This document shows, in pieces, positions 22,236 through 36,284 of a DNA stretch of 64,000 bases. The position numbers and the translations under genes are program-made. The stretch comes from Dimorphilus gyrociliatus. Taxonomy: Eukaryota; Animalia; Annelida. Every line of letters starts with the position of its first letter. The first letter of the stretch is position 1. The stretch spans positions 310,001 to 374,000 of the forward strand of contig CAJFCJ010000011.1 in NCBI GenBank assembly GCA_904063045.1. The letters run 5' to 3'. The notes beneath the pieces are model-generated. The model searched no databases, was not told the origin of the DNA, and saw nothing but the letters and a program-made list of their open reading frames with translations.

Positions 22236-22328
22236 AAAAACAGAAGTATCGAGTTTGACGTAAGGTCGACAGATTTTTGTTGTGTTTGCTTCCGACTCAA
22301 TCACAAACCCTACGCCACGGCTTCCGTC
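22236..22328 (-). ncRNA. Putative Pol III structured small RNA, class A copy 3 (inverted)
   Basis: Reverse complement of class A copy 2 with one stem change (G-U to G-C); ATTGTGCAA at 22372-22380. Confidence 0.7.
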
Positions 22329-22859
22329 GAGTTTTTACTATCAAAATCAACATAAGTAGAAACTTTCTTATATTGTGCAATACAGATTATCATATGAATT
22401 GTACTATGAAAGCAGTCAACCAGATGGAACTAGTGTAGCTTGCATTTACAGACGTGACATTTGAAATTTAAAAATATTAAAGTTGAATGAATTATGTAAA
22501 TATTGAAATAGATGTAAATAAAAAATAGGAATTGTAAACAAAAGGTGTTTAACTGTTCTTTAATTTGATTAAAAACTCTAACAATAATCACATTTTGTGC
22601 TGTTTTATCTGTTTGTTAAAGTTTTGTTAAAAGGGAATTTAATAAGAGAGTTTTTGATAAGATAATTCGACTTTATTAGATGTTTCTTTATCATTTCCTC
22701 TATTATACTATTTTTTAAATATTCTTAGATTTTGAGCATTTTTCTATTGAAAGATACTATTTGGAAAGATTGTTGTTAATCTATTATTGATATGATGAAA
22801 CGATCGTTTCGAAAAGGTAGACTAGTAGAGGAGATAAGAACTTTTTTTAATCCATAGCA

Positions 22860-24164
22860 AGATGTTTATTGTTTTATTTGTACTGAAGATCAAGCGAAGT
22901 TGCCTTCGTATAATAATTCTACGATACCATTCGCATCAGCAACTTGTGGACCAATTCATTTAGATGGTTTCCATAATCTACACGACAGGATGAAGAATAT
23001 CATTTATCCTAGTATTTATGTCAGTCCAGCAGGTCTGTTAACTGTTTTATTCAAGTTTAACGTATCTGTTGAGATGACTAAGGATAAAACTATTCGAGTT
23101 GTAAATCATAGGTCTTTAAAAATGGAAATATATTAGTAATAAATATTATAGCGCTATTTGATATTTAAGATTTAGAACGGCTATCTCAGTTAACGCTGAT
23201 GGAGAATCGAGCAGCGTTTACCACCCGTCGGCAAGGATGTATCAGGATTGTTCGGTTACGGATTGTCTACTTTATTGGGATAGAAAGGTTAAATTGGGAT
23301 CTGATTACGCTATTTTCGGTCAAGGGAATACTACTTATGAAATACGAGAAAAGAATTTCTTAATTTGTCAGCCTAATTTCAGAGATTTGTATAATGATCT
23401 GACTGTTAGCCTATTATATTCATCCTCGGGCTATGGTCCTGATATGCTACCACAGTATTCGCATCTTGTTAAGAATGCCCAATATAAATATCATAATAAT
23501 GGAGCAGTTTCAGTTATTATAAATGATGTTTGTAAACTTTTATACAATGTCATCGTAACTCTTTCTTTTATTAAATTTTATATTATCAATTAAGGTTAAA
23601 ATCTATCAGACTCCGAGAGGAGATTTAACAGTAACGATTTGGCCTAAAGTCATACGAGTATCACCAGTTAATGGGTGCATATTGCTTAAAAGTAGCCATA
23701 TTCGGTTAACTGTTGACGAAAACTGGAAAATAAATATGCAATCTGGCAATTATCAGGTGAAAGCAAGTACAATTGGATTTTGTATTGTTAATGGTATTTC
23801 AGAATATGGATTTACGGCATCAAGGCAATTTTACTCGATTCCTATCAATGAATTTTATACTTTTCAAAATAAAGGAGAGAAAATGAAAGTAGTTCAAGAT
23901 AATGATAATGATAGAGATGATATGAAAAACATTTTAGAAACGAAAGCATGCGATTTAAACGTTTCAACTATTAGAAAAAAAGATGATAATTTATTTAACA
24001 GTCATTCAATAAACAGAATAGAGAATTCCCCATCCAAAGATTCTAATAGCTGTTTCGAATCTTCAGAAGAAAAGTATAAAAAAGAAAGAAATAATAGGAA
24101 TAATTCGCCTAAAGACCCTATCTTTAATTTATCATTAAATATAGATGGGAAGAATAATATTTAA
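22860..24164 (+). CDS. Uncharacterised multi-exon protein with beta-rich domain and low-complexity tail; start uncertain
   Basis: ORFs 22900-23136, 23237-23593 and 23682-24164 are joinable through short GT-AG introns (IYVSPAGLLTVLFKFNVSVEMTKDKTIRVVNH / RTAISVNADGESSSVYHPSARMYQ...). Confidence 0.55.
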
Positions 24165-25337
24165 GTGGGGAAAAGAAGAAAATAAAGAAAAAACACTGAA
24201 TAATACATTCGATAAATGAGTTATAAAATAAAAACAGAAAGAAATAAACAAAGAATTTAGGATAATGAAAGCAAATGAAGATTTAACTTAATTAGGGAGA
24301 GGCAGTCTACTTTTTTTTATAATAAAAGCGATAGGGATTTGTTATAATTGACAATGAGATGAGTCTTATTCAGATTTTTATAAAAGCTTCAACTGTGTTG
24401 TGTTTAATTCTTTTTCTCCTGTTTAGTATTGTAAAATAGTATTATTAATTGGTTTACTGTATATTCATTTTTAAGCCTATAAGCAACCTATCAATATATC
24501 AATCCGTCATGCTAATCCTAAATCCTATTAGGTAATTTGGTATTTATGATAATGTTTTTTTTTTCAACACCAACTGTAGTTTAGCTTTTCTACTAATAAA
24601 ATGTATGGGAAGAACGAATAGTTCTGAAGAGAATAAACGGAAGTGTGATAGGCAGGAAGGAAAAATTAAGATTAAATTACAACTGCATATAGAATAAAGA
24701 TAAAAGAGATTAGTGCTTTCAATATGTTTTCCTCAATTTAGGCGAAAAAAAATCAATTATTTCTTAACCTAAAATCCAATTGAATTGCTCGTAAAATAAA
24801 TGATAATCCGTTTTCTCTTACTACAATGAAAACACTTCAATTCAGTCAGAATTGGATGAATTATTTAGGTAGAAATCGTCTGGCAATTGATTAGTTTATC
24901 TAAAAGTACAAGCTTCTATATGGGCAAGATTTTCTATATTTTAAACAATAAATTATTACATCAGTAAATAAATCACGCTCTGTTTTGCAGACGACTCCAT
25001 TGTTCTGATATTGATATTCCTATCAACAGTAGAAAGAAAAAAGATCGATCGTTAAAAAATGTTCTGTTAATTCAACAGTTTTATTAAGATAAAGAACATT
25101 TTCAACAGTAAACGAAAAATAGAAAATTTAATTTCGCAATTGTGGAAGTTTTATAATTGATTTAAACGATTATTTAAAAAAGAGTCAAGAAAAAAAATTC
25201 AATATTTTAAATAAATGACAAACAGTTTCCAAATAGAGACAATTTTATCTAACATATCGTTTGTATGGCAAAAAATAGAGACAGATATAAATATGTTGTT
25301 CGGAGCAAGATCAAATAGCCTAAATAGCCATATAGCA

Positions 25338-26741
25338 TCAATTAATCAATAGATTATCTTCATTGTGTTTGTTAACAGAATTCTTAGTTTCTGGATCTAT
25401 TATATCCAACATTTTAGTCAATTTTGGTATATCAATAACCATATCATTGACGTGATTTGCAGGATAGGCTTGAACCCTCCAATATTTTTGTCCAGTCAGA
25501 TCAGATATTGCCCAGAATATTGCATGCGGTAATGCGGGAATATCGTAGCCTGTCTTCGTTACGGGAACGTATTCTATCACAGCAACATCCAAAGATGCAT
25601 AATTCATGTTATAAAGAGCTCCTCCATGTGTTCCTATTATAATAGAAGTTTTAGAAAAAACCTTAATAGCTTCCTCTAAATTATATTTTGCATCGAAAAC
25701 TATTAATCTCTCTTTATATCGTGACGCCAAATAATCGATGACATTTCTTTTATTATGAATTCTTCTTCCAGGATTGACCGCACCGGCTCTTGTTAGTAAC
25801 ATGATAGTGGCTTCATTTTTAGGAACTGTTATGCGATCCGGCACTCCAAGAAATCTTCGCCCTTGTTTCCAAAGAACTGGATGAAGAGGAGGAGCTATAC
25901 AAGCGAATATAAGATAATCCGCACTATAGACAGTAACATAGTCGCTCCTTCTATGCCAAACTATTCTTTCGTTCGTTATATTAAACTTTGTCAGAAGAAG
26001 AAAAATATTTTTGTGAAAAGGTCTCTCTAGTAGAACAGTAACCTCGGGTCTCCTTAGAATTTCCCACGCTTGTACTAACTTTGGTAATGTACCGTCGTAG
26101 AAATGTTGAAATAAATAACCCATTGGGATAATCATTGGGGCTAAAATTCTATAATGTCTATTTGCTCTTCTCGTCTCACTGAAATATTCGACGTTTGATC
26201 TAAACCCGCAATCGTAAAACATTTTAAATGTTGCGTTCTTAACAACTTGAATAACACCTTTTAATTGTTCTTTAGTATTCGGTACGAAATTTCCCTTATT
26301 CCTTTCACTTTTGAAAAATAGAGTTCTATCCTCATCCGACGGGAATAACGGTTCTTTCCGTTTAAAATTCTCATAGTATAAAGTCATTAGAGGCATTTCT
26401 TCCGTTTTATACTTTCTTATACCCATATAGAAATCATATAAATTATAATAAACATTGTCATGAGATTTTTGCTTTTCAAAGTCTGTTCTATCATTAATTA
26501 AAGGTGATAAAATATTCCAATTCGGATCAAGGTGTTGTGCCTTTGTAGTTCTGATATCCATCGTTTTACTTACAGTAAATACCTCTTGTTTCGCATTTGA
26601 TTGCAGGTCAAAACTAATTTTATTAGAACTATCACCAAAAATCTTCTTATCAGTTGAATTTAAGAAAAAACAAATACCCAAAAATAAATTAATAGAGCAT
26701 AACAGTATCACACCTATCGCACATTTTCGAAAAATAGCCAT
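25338..26741 (-). CDS. Intronless type II membrane glycosyltransferase family 61 (DUF563-like)
   Basis: N-terminal TM (MAIFRKCAIGVILLCSINLFLGICFFL), YFQHFYDG, LLTRAG...RRIHN, IIIGTHGGALYNM (GT61 HG motif). ORF track starts at 26792; second Met preferred. Confidence 0.8.
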   Translation of the reverse strand: MAIFRKCAIGVILLCSINLFLGICFFLNSTDKKIFGDSSNKISFDLQSNAKQEVFTVSKTMDIRTTKAQHLDPNWNILSPLINDRTDFEKQKSHDNVYYNLYDFYMGIRKYKTEEMPLMTLYYENFKRKEPLFPSDEDRTLFFKSERNKGNFVPNTKEQLKGVIQVVKNATFKMFYDCGFRSNVEYFSETRRANRHYRILAPMIIPMGYLFQHFYDGTLPKLVQAWEILRRPEVTVLLERPFHKNIFLLLTKFNITNERIVWHRRSDYVTVYSADYLIFACIAPPLHPVLWKQGRRFLGVPDRITVPKNEATIMLLTRAGAVNPGRRIHNKRNVIDYLASRYKERLIVFDAKYNLEEAIKVFSKTSIIIGTHGGALYNMNYASLDVAVIEYVPVTKTGYDIPALPHAIFWAISDLTGQKYWRVQAYPANHVNDMVIDIPKLTKMLDIIDPETKNSVNKHNEDNLLIN

Positions 26742-28184
26742 ATCTGCATTTATAAAGGAAATATTATTATTGTACTCTAATATGGAATACATTGAAAATA
26801 CCGCTTTTAAACATATTAATATGCTGTTTCATTCATTAAATTTTATATAATAATATTGATCTACTTGCACTAGTTCCGCAGGACAGTCGATATGCCCTTT
26901 GCAATTTCCATTAAATCATTTATAGAATAAAGATGACGATGATAGCGCAAAAGTGACAGTAAACTGAGTAGTTACTAATATACTGACAACTGTTAAAAGA
27001 CAATTTTTAGATTATACCTATTCAATAATGGGAGCATTTTAGTTGTTTTTTTTAAGGAATAGCTTCTGAAAGCACCATCTAATATATCAAAGAGTTAATC
27101 AATATTATTTCAGCCATATACGTTTGTTTAAAAACTATTATTTCAAATGTTTATCAATAAGGATACAGAAATAATTATATAATAATAAAGAAGTATGATT
27201 TTTAATTAATCTGATGAAAAAATCTTTATAATTCTCGTCAAGAAATAGGTAAGCCCTTGTCACCAACCTTGAATATCGCTCAAAAAAAAGGTAAAGAAAA
27301 ATTAAGTCGTTAAATAAACAAAGAGAAATACCGGTTATTTATCCTTCCACATTTTCCAATATATAAGCTCAATATATATCAAAATATCGTGTAATCATTC
27401 CTAGTATTTTGGATGAATCTCGCATGCTTATAGAATGCTATCTGAATAACCCACCATTGTTACAGAAACGAATCTATTTACGACAAAATATAAATTGGTA
27501 AACAAAAGTGGCCGCTCAAGTTAAAGTCAAAAGTTTCGTTCATCTAATAAAACTTTTATATATGTCATCGAGTTATTCATTTTATCTAAACTTATTAAAA
27601 AGCCAAACTATTTCATTTAACTTAGCTTTTTGAAAAATTTTAGCGCTTTCTAGACATTAGTTACAATTTCTTAAGAATCTCTGCAGAGAAAATTTGAAAC
27701 AGCTTAGAAATTGTTTATATGTTAAGCTAAAAAATTATTCACCTGTATTCGTTTAGAATTAAAACAAATATTCACGATAGCTAGCATTAGATAAAAATTT
27801 TCAAAACACTAAAAACAGACAATAGATGGCGTTGGTTATTTATTTACAAGAGAATTAGTAACAAAGTGCCAAAGAAATTTTTATTAAAACTAAAATAAGT
27901 TGGAATTGAGCGAAAATTAGAAATATAAAGAGGATGGAATTGAAAAAAGAAAAGATTTTCTGCACGAAACAATACATTATTAATTGTTAAGAATGACAGG
28001 TTTGAATAGCAAAAGAGAATTACTGCCGATGGTGACCGCGGTTACTACGTTCCATCAATTTAAAATTTTCATAGCGTCTCGTTCTCTGGCAACAGCATAA
28101 TTTAACGGTTATAAAAGACAATGGTTAGCTGTAAACTTCTCAAAAGGTTTTCATTCCTTAATAACTGAAAGTGAAAACGATAAA

Positions 28185-29143
28185 ATGTCTTCAAATGTCC
28201 GAAAGACGCCTCAAAGGAAAGGTCCAATTTTGGCAGAATATACCGGTAAATATTTAGTTATAAGTTTATTTCTCGAAAATGACCTACTTTTTCTTTAAAA
28301 AAAGGTCCAGGACCTGCTTATAAGCCTGATGTCGATTTATTGAAAAAGAAAGGACCATCGTATTCATTTGGATGTAGACTGTTAGGTAAATTCTCATTAC
28401 TAAGTAAAAGATAGTATGGATCTTTATCAGCTATGATAGGCTTTCAAAACTATCACTGCATGTACTGCATTTAAAACTCGTTGAAAGCTATTTAAACATT
28501 TTCTTCAGATCGACCAAATACAAACCCGGCTCCAAGTGAATATTCAATAGATAAGGGGATCACTTACAATGGAAAAATGTCTTGTCCGTCTTATTCGTTG
28601 CAAGGGAGATCTGAACATCAGAATTTAAAACTTACGATGGGCTTTAGCTTAGATAAAACCCCTGCTCCTGGATCATATGCACCAGAAGGAGTTAAACAAG
28701 GATCGATTAGTAGTCAAACAACTCCTCCAAGTTTCACACTACGTCCAAGGACTAAGGATGTGTTCAAAAACCCTGTCCCTGCTCCTTCAAGTTACAATCT
28801 AGCTAGAGATATTTCGAAACCTTCCGCAACCGGAAGAAATCCACCAACTACTACTATAAAATTCAGAAAGTTAGTAGGATCCCCACAGTATTCGTTAATA
28901 AAAGCAGCCGTTCCCGGACCTGGTAGCTACGGAGCCGTTGATCCAAACAAAACGAAAAAGAGCGACGGTGTCTTTTCAATTCAAGGTAGAACTAAACTTA
29001 AGAATTACTCAACGGTTTTGGATAATCCAGGTCCTGGTCAATACAGCCCAGAAGCTAAAAGAGGTGGAACGAAATTTACTCTTGGAACAAAACCATCTCC
29101 TTTCGTTCTTATGCTTATTGATAAAGCCGATGTTGAGAGCTAG
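28185..29143 (+). CDS. ODF3/SHIPPO-repeat ciliary protein, two short introns
   Basis: Repeated PGP(G/A)xY / PAPxxY units (GPGPAY, PAPSEY, PAPGSY, PAPSSY, PGPGSY, PGPGQY). Confidence 0.85.
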
Positions 29144-29938
29144 TTCAATTTTAATCTATTTGATGTTTATTCTTCAGAATACAAATAGAGAATATCTATT
29201 TCACAAGTAATATACTATATATCACTGAAAATAAAACACGTTTCTGATATATTTCATACGTAATCCAACAAAACCATTACGTAATATATTTTACAGATAT
29301 TATTTTATGTCAGTTTGATGATTCAGCCTATATGTCATTTATAAAAATATGATTATAGTATTATAATCTGCTTATTTTCATATTTTTATTATTACAAAAG
29401 TATGTCATTTGCAATGTCGAAGTTAAATTGTATCGGAATTAGCAGTGGTATTTATCTGCTATACAGAATGTGAAATGAGCTAAGAACTGTACCAGTTTTT
29501 ATTTTTACATAATAAAAAATTTCTGAAATTAAATCATAGACGCTCTATTTTGTTAGGAATTTTTTCCTGTTTGACGAATATCAGTATTTTTACCCACCGG
29601 AAATTGACATCACATAATGACCAGGTCAGCTCATTTACTACTATCTTTATAACGTACAGCGCCCCCTATGTTTGCGACTGCAGACGACACAATATAAACC
29701 TCAGTAAGGTGTAAGTATTTCTTTGAAAAGGTTAAACACAGTCCCATCAAGTAATCCTAACAAGTCAAGTGCAGGTTAGTTATACAATAATAAGAGTCGG
29801 TGATAGTAGATGATTGATTTAATAGAGTTTCATTTGTAATATCGTTCAATCGTGTGCAGCAACGAGAAAGACTAAAATTTAAGTACTCTTCGTATAAAAT
29901 CTCCACTCAGCTGAAACATTACGAATTGGCTCGATTAA

Positions 29939-30454
29939 ATGGCAAATATGGTTAAAGTGGAACCGGATGTGGAAATAACTAACAATCGAAATGTATCTGT
30001 TGATTGGGTTATCGACAAGTAAGACTAAAACGACAACTGACTATTAAGTTGTATATTATAAAAATTTCCATTATATTTCATAGCGAAATGAAAGCGCCTC
30101 AAATAACGATTATAAAACGTAAGTAACCATTTAACTTGGCTAAACCATTAAACTCCATAGGTAATTATAATAGCTGAAGAACCAATAAAAATCCCAAAAT
30201 GCGTGAAAACAACTACAAAAAAGAAGAGAATCCGCAAGAAAATACCAAAAGGAACTAAGGAGTACGAAGAAGAGCGAAAAAAAAATAATCAAGCCGCTAG
30301 AAAATGTCGCGCAAGGAAAAGATTACAAATGAGCGATCTTCAAATGCAAGTAGAAGAATTAAGAGCCGAAAATGACCGACTGAAAAAAGAAGTCACTTTC
30401 CTCAGACAAAAACTAAAGGAGAGTACAGTTATTGTTAAAATTGAACCATCTTAG
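29939..30454 (+). CDS. Small C/EBP-like bZIP transcription factor, three exons
   Basis: Spliced MANMVKVEPD...EYEEERKKNNQAARKCRARKR plus leucine zipper; both introns keep the frame. Confidence 0.85.
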
Positions 30455-31327
30455 AAAACGTAAAAAAAACAGTTATATATATAAATGTATATATATATAT
30501 TCCATTCTACATTAAATGCCTTACATTGTTATACCGGAGAGGGTATTCCACTTAAATTAATTATATGGGTGTTTGTGTTTTAAATATTCCATACTAAAAA
30601 AGAGTTATTTCAAGTTGTTTTATTATATATTATTATATGTCTTTATATATAACAAAATCTAGTAATAATGATAAGAAACTGTTGAGTAAAAATAACGAAC
30701 CGGACTGTCTGTTTTTTTGTATATTGTATTCAATTTTTTATTATAAGAACTTTAAAAGAATGTAAAAGATATGTTATATATTGAAACAAAACGTTTTAAA
30801 ATATATAACTAAAATATTGTTCATTTATAGTTCTTACGCTTTTGTAAATTGTTCTTCTAAAATATTCTGAATATTATTGAAACAAATTTGGATTATTAGA
30901 ATTTATTAAAGATATATCTATATAAACAATACATTTTATTCTTTAATTTACTTATACACGTTGGCTTAGTTTGGCTACGGAATATTATATTTTGTTTGTA
31001 ATCTAAGAAAACAAACATGAAGTGTTATTATGTATAATTAGCATTGGCTATTAATCACTTTTAACAAGTATGCTCAGGCCTTAACTAGAATGGGCCCATT
31101 AATTGGTAAATTCAGTTGTCTTACAGGAGCTACAGATCTGTATTTGGTAGGTAAATTCAGTTGTCTTGCTTTAACGGCTCGACAATCGGATTCCGTTAAG
31201 GATACTCTTCTAGATCTTTAAGCCAAAGTGAACTACATATAAACTTTTCGAAGTGAATTATTCCCTCATATATGAAGGTTGATTAATGGTTTATCAGTTG
31301 GCTAACGCCTATTTGCAAACAAGCAAA

Positions 31328-32733
31328 ATGAAGCTTTTTGTACTGATGTTAGTTTTTAATGTCTATGAGAGTATAGACCAAAATCTGGATTTAAAGCTTT
31401 ATGTTTCTGAAATGAAAACACGTATAGGATGTTTTAGTGATCCATATGCCGATAGACTTGATGACACCGTTTTAGAGTGCCCACCACTTCGATATGTCTT
31501 TGTTAGCAGAGTATTTTATGGAGTAAAAGAGGAGTTCAATAAATGTACATCCAAATTGAAAAACTCGAAGGAAATTAATTGTGGCACAGAAGGTCTTGAG
31601 TTTACGTTAAATCACTACTGCGGTGGAAAGCAAGTCTGTCGTTTGGAACCTAAACATTCGGGATTAAGTAGTTTAATAGGTATTCCGAAAAACCCCTTAT
31701 GGAAAGGATTACCAGCTTATAAACGTTTGGCGGATTCCTTTTGTAAAATTTACAATCACGCCGAAATACATTACCATTGCGTTGGAGGTAAGTTACATAG
31801 ATTAGCAATTTCCATTGTTTCATCATGTTAAACCTTTGTTTCAGCAATAAATCTGGCAAATTTCGGTCAAAATCTCGATTTACGGTTCATAAATGACGTA
31901 TCCAATAGTTTGATGGTTTTAATACCCAAACATAATAATAAACAGATAGATCTTATATTTAGATCTACTCAACCATTGGTGTTTGATTTCAGTCAAACTT
32001 TCGGTGGTTTATTACGTAATCCATTGAAAAATCACAATGGATGCTACGATAAGGATATGCATATGATTAAGTTAAAAGATATGCATACGGGAAATCAAAC
32101 AATTGTAAATATTTGTGATCCAAGAAATTCTATAATAAAGATGGGATTAATCGTTAGATTAATAATTGTAAAACGCTTCCCGGAAGTTGTTGATTGGCAT
32201 CATAATATTCCAAAAGGTTTCACTTGTAATAAAACATGTAGGTCATCTCATTTCGTTTATATTACAAAACAAGAGGATAAAACAAATTTCGAAAGGTAAC
32301 TCTTTCGATTTAATATATTTACGTGTCAACATTTTGAACTGTTAATATTTGCCTTAGAATTGAAAATACCAAGAACACACAGGTTGCTTCGTCTTCGATT
32401 ATTATTTATATTGTGGCTTCAGCTTCAGTGGTCAGTCTACTGCTGATAATACTTATCCTTTTAATTGGATGTAAAATTAGAAGTCGTCGAAAAATGTTAG
32501 ACCGGAAGTACTCATCGTATATAAGGAAAAATGGAAGTCAATCTATGGTGACTAGAAGAATGCCCCTTCCACAGCAACCGCCACGTCCTTTGACAAGTTA
32601 TGATATAGCTGATGAATATGTTAGTAGTCAATATAAGCACCAAGATGCTTATGACATAGATGAAAATCCGTATGCGAAACCTTCGGAGTGTTACGATAAT
32701 CGCAAGAATACTCACTCTTCTTATAGCGCATAA
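31328..32733 (+). CDS. Type I membrane protein with SUEL/Gal-lectin domain and Tyr-rich tail, three exons
   Basis: Signal peptide MKLFVLMLVFNVYES; LECPP...SRVFYG...C...C...CGGKQVC...C...HYHC (SUEL cysteine pattern); TM VASASVVSLLLIILILLIGC. Confidence 0.7.
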
Positions 32734-32942
32734 TATACTTCGTTATTTATTTTAATTATTTCATTATTAGATCAATAAAATGTGTTAATATCCAAAGGAA
32801 TCAGTTATTTTAAATATCCATTAGAAAAAATAGATCATTAAATCAATATATTAATCTGTTTAACCTTCTTCCTTCTAAGAAATCACAATATGTTGACTGA
32901 AACTACTCAACAGTAGTAGTATATTCTATGTGTGAAAACTGG

Positions 32943-35996
<3,054 letters not shown>

Positions 35997-36284
35997 TTTA
36001 ACTTGAATCCAAGAAAGCAAATGTGATTATCCTGAAATCGTTAATATGATATTGATATCAATATTGCCGTAAATAAACTTTTAAGGTCAAAAACAGGGAT
36101 AACTTTAAAGCAATAGATGTCGCTATATGTATATTGTATACAACTGACTGTAACAAAGTATAGGCTTTTATTGGTATACTATAACAAATTTAGGCATAAA
36201 TCAGAATAAGATACATATAAGAATTTTATATTTTGATTACTCGTTCAAATCATTTAAATTACCATAATCAATAAGTTTTTAGTC

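Larger units (their letters stand above)
21874..22625 (-). repeat. Right arm of about 750-bp near-perfect inverted duplication
   Basis: Reverse complement of 20174-20925. Confidence 0.92.

Noticed and set aside
19759-22328. Reading the repeats as a CRISPR array, pre-miRNA cluster, or C/D, H/ACA or Sm-class RNAs
   Set aside because: Context is eukaryotic, spacing is irregular (280-430 bp) and there are no cas genes. The large conserved loop is unlike a pre-miRNA, and there are no consistent C/D, H/ACA or Sm boxes across copies.
31105-31167. 18-bp direct repeat GGTAAATTCAGTTGTCTT twice
   Set aside because: Only two copies with no structure or further context; most likely a local duplication.
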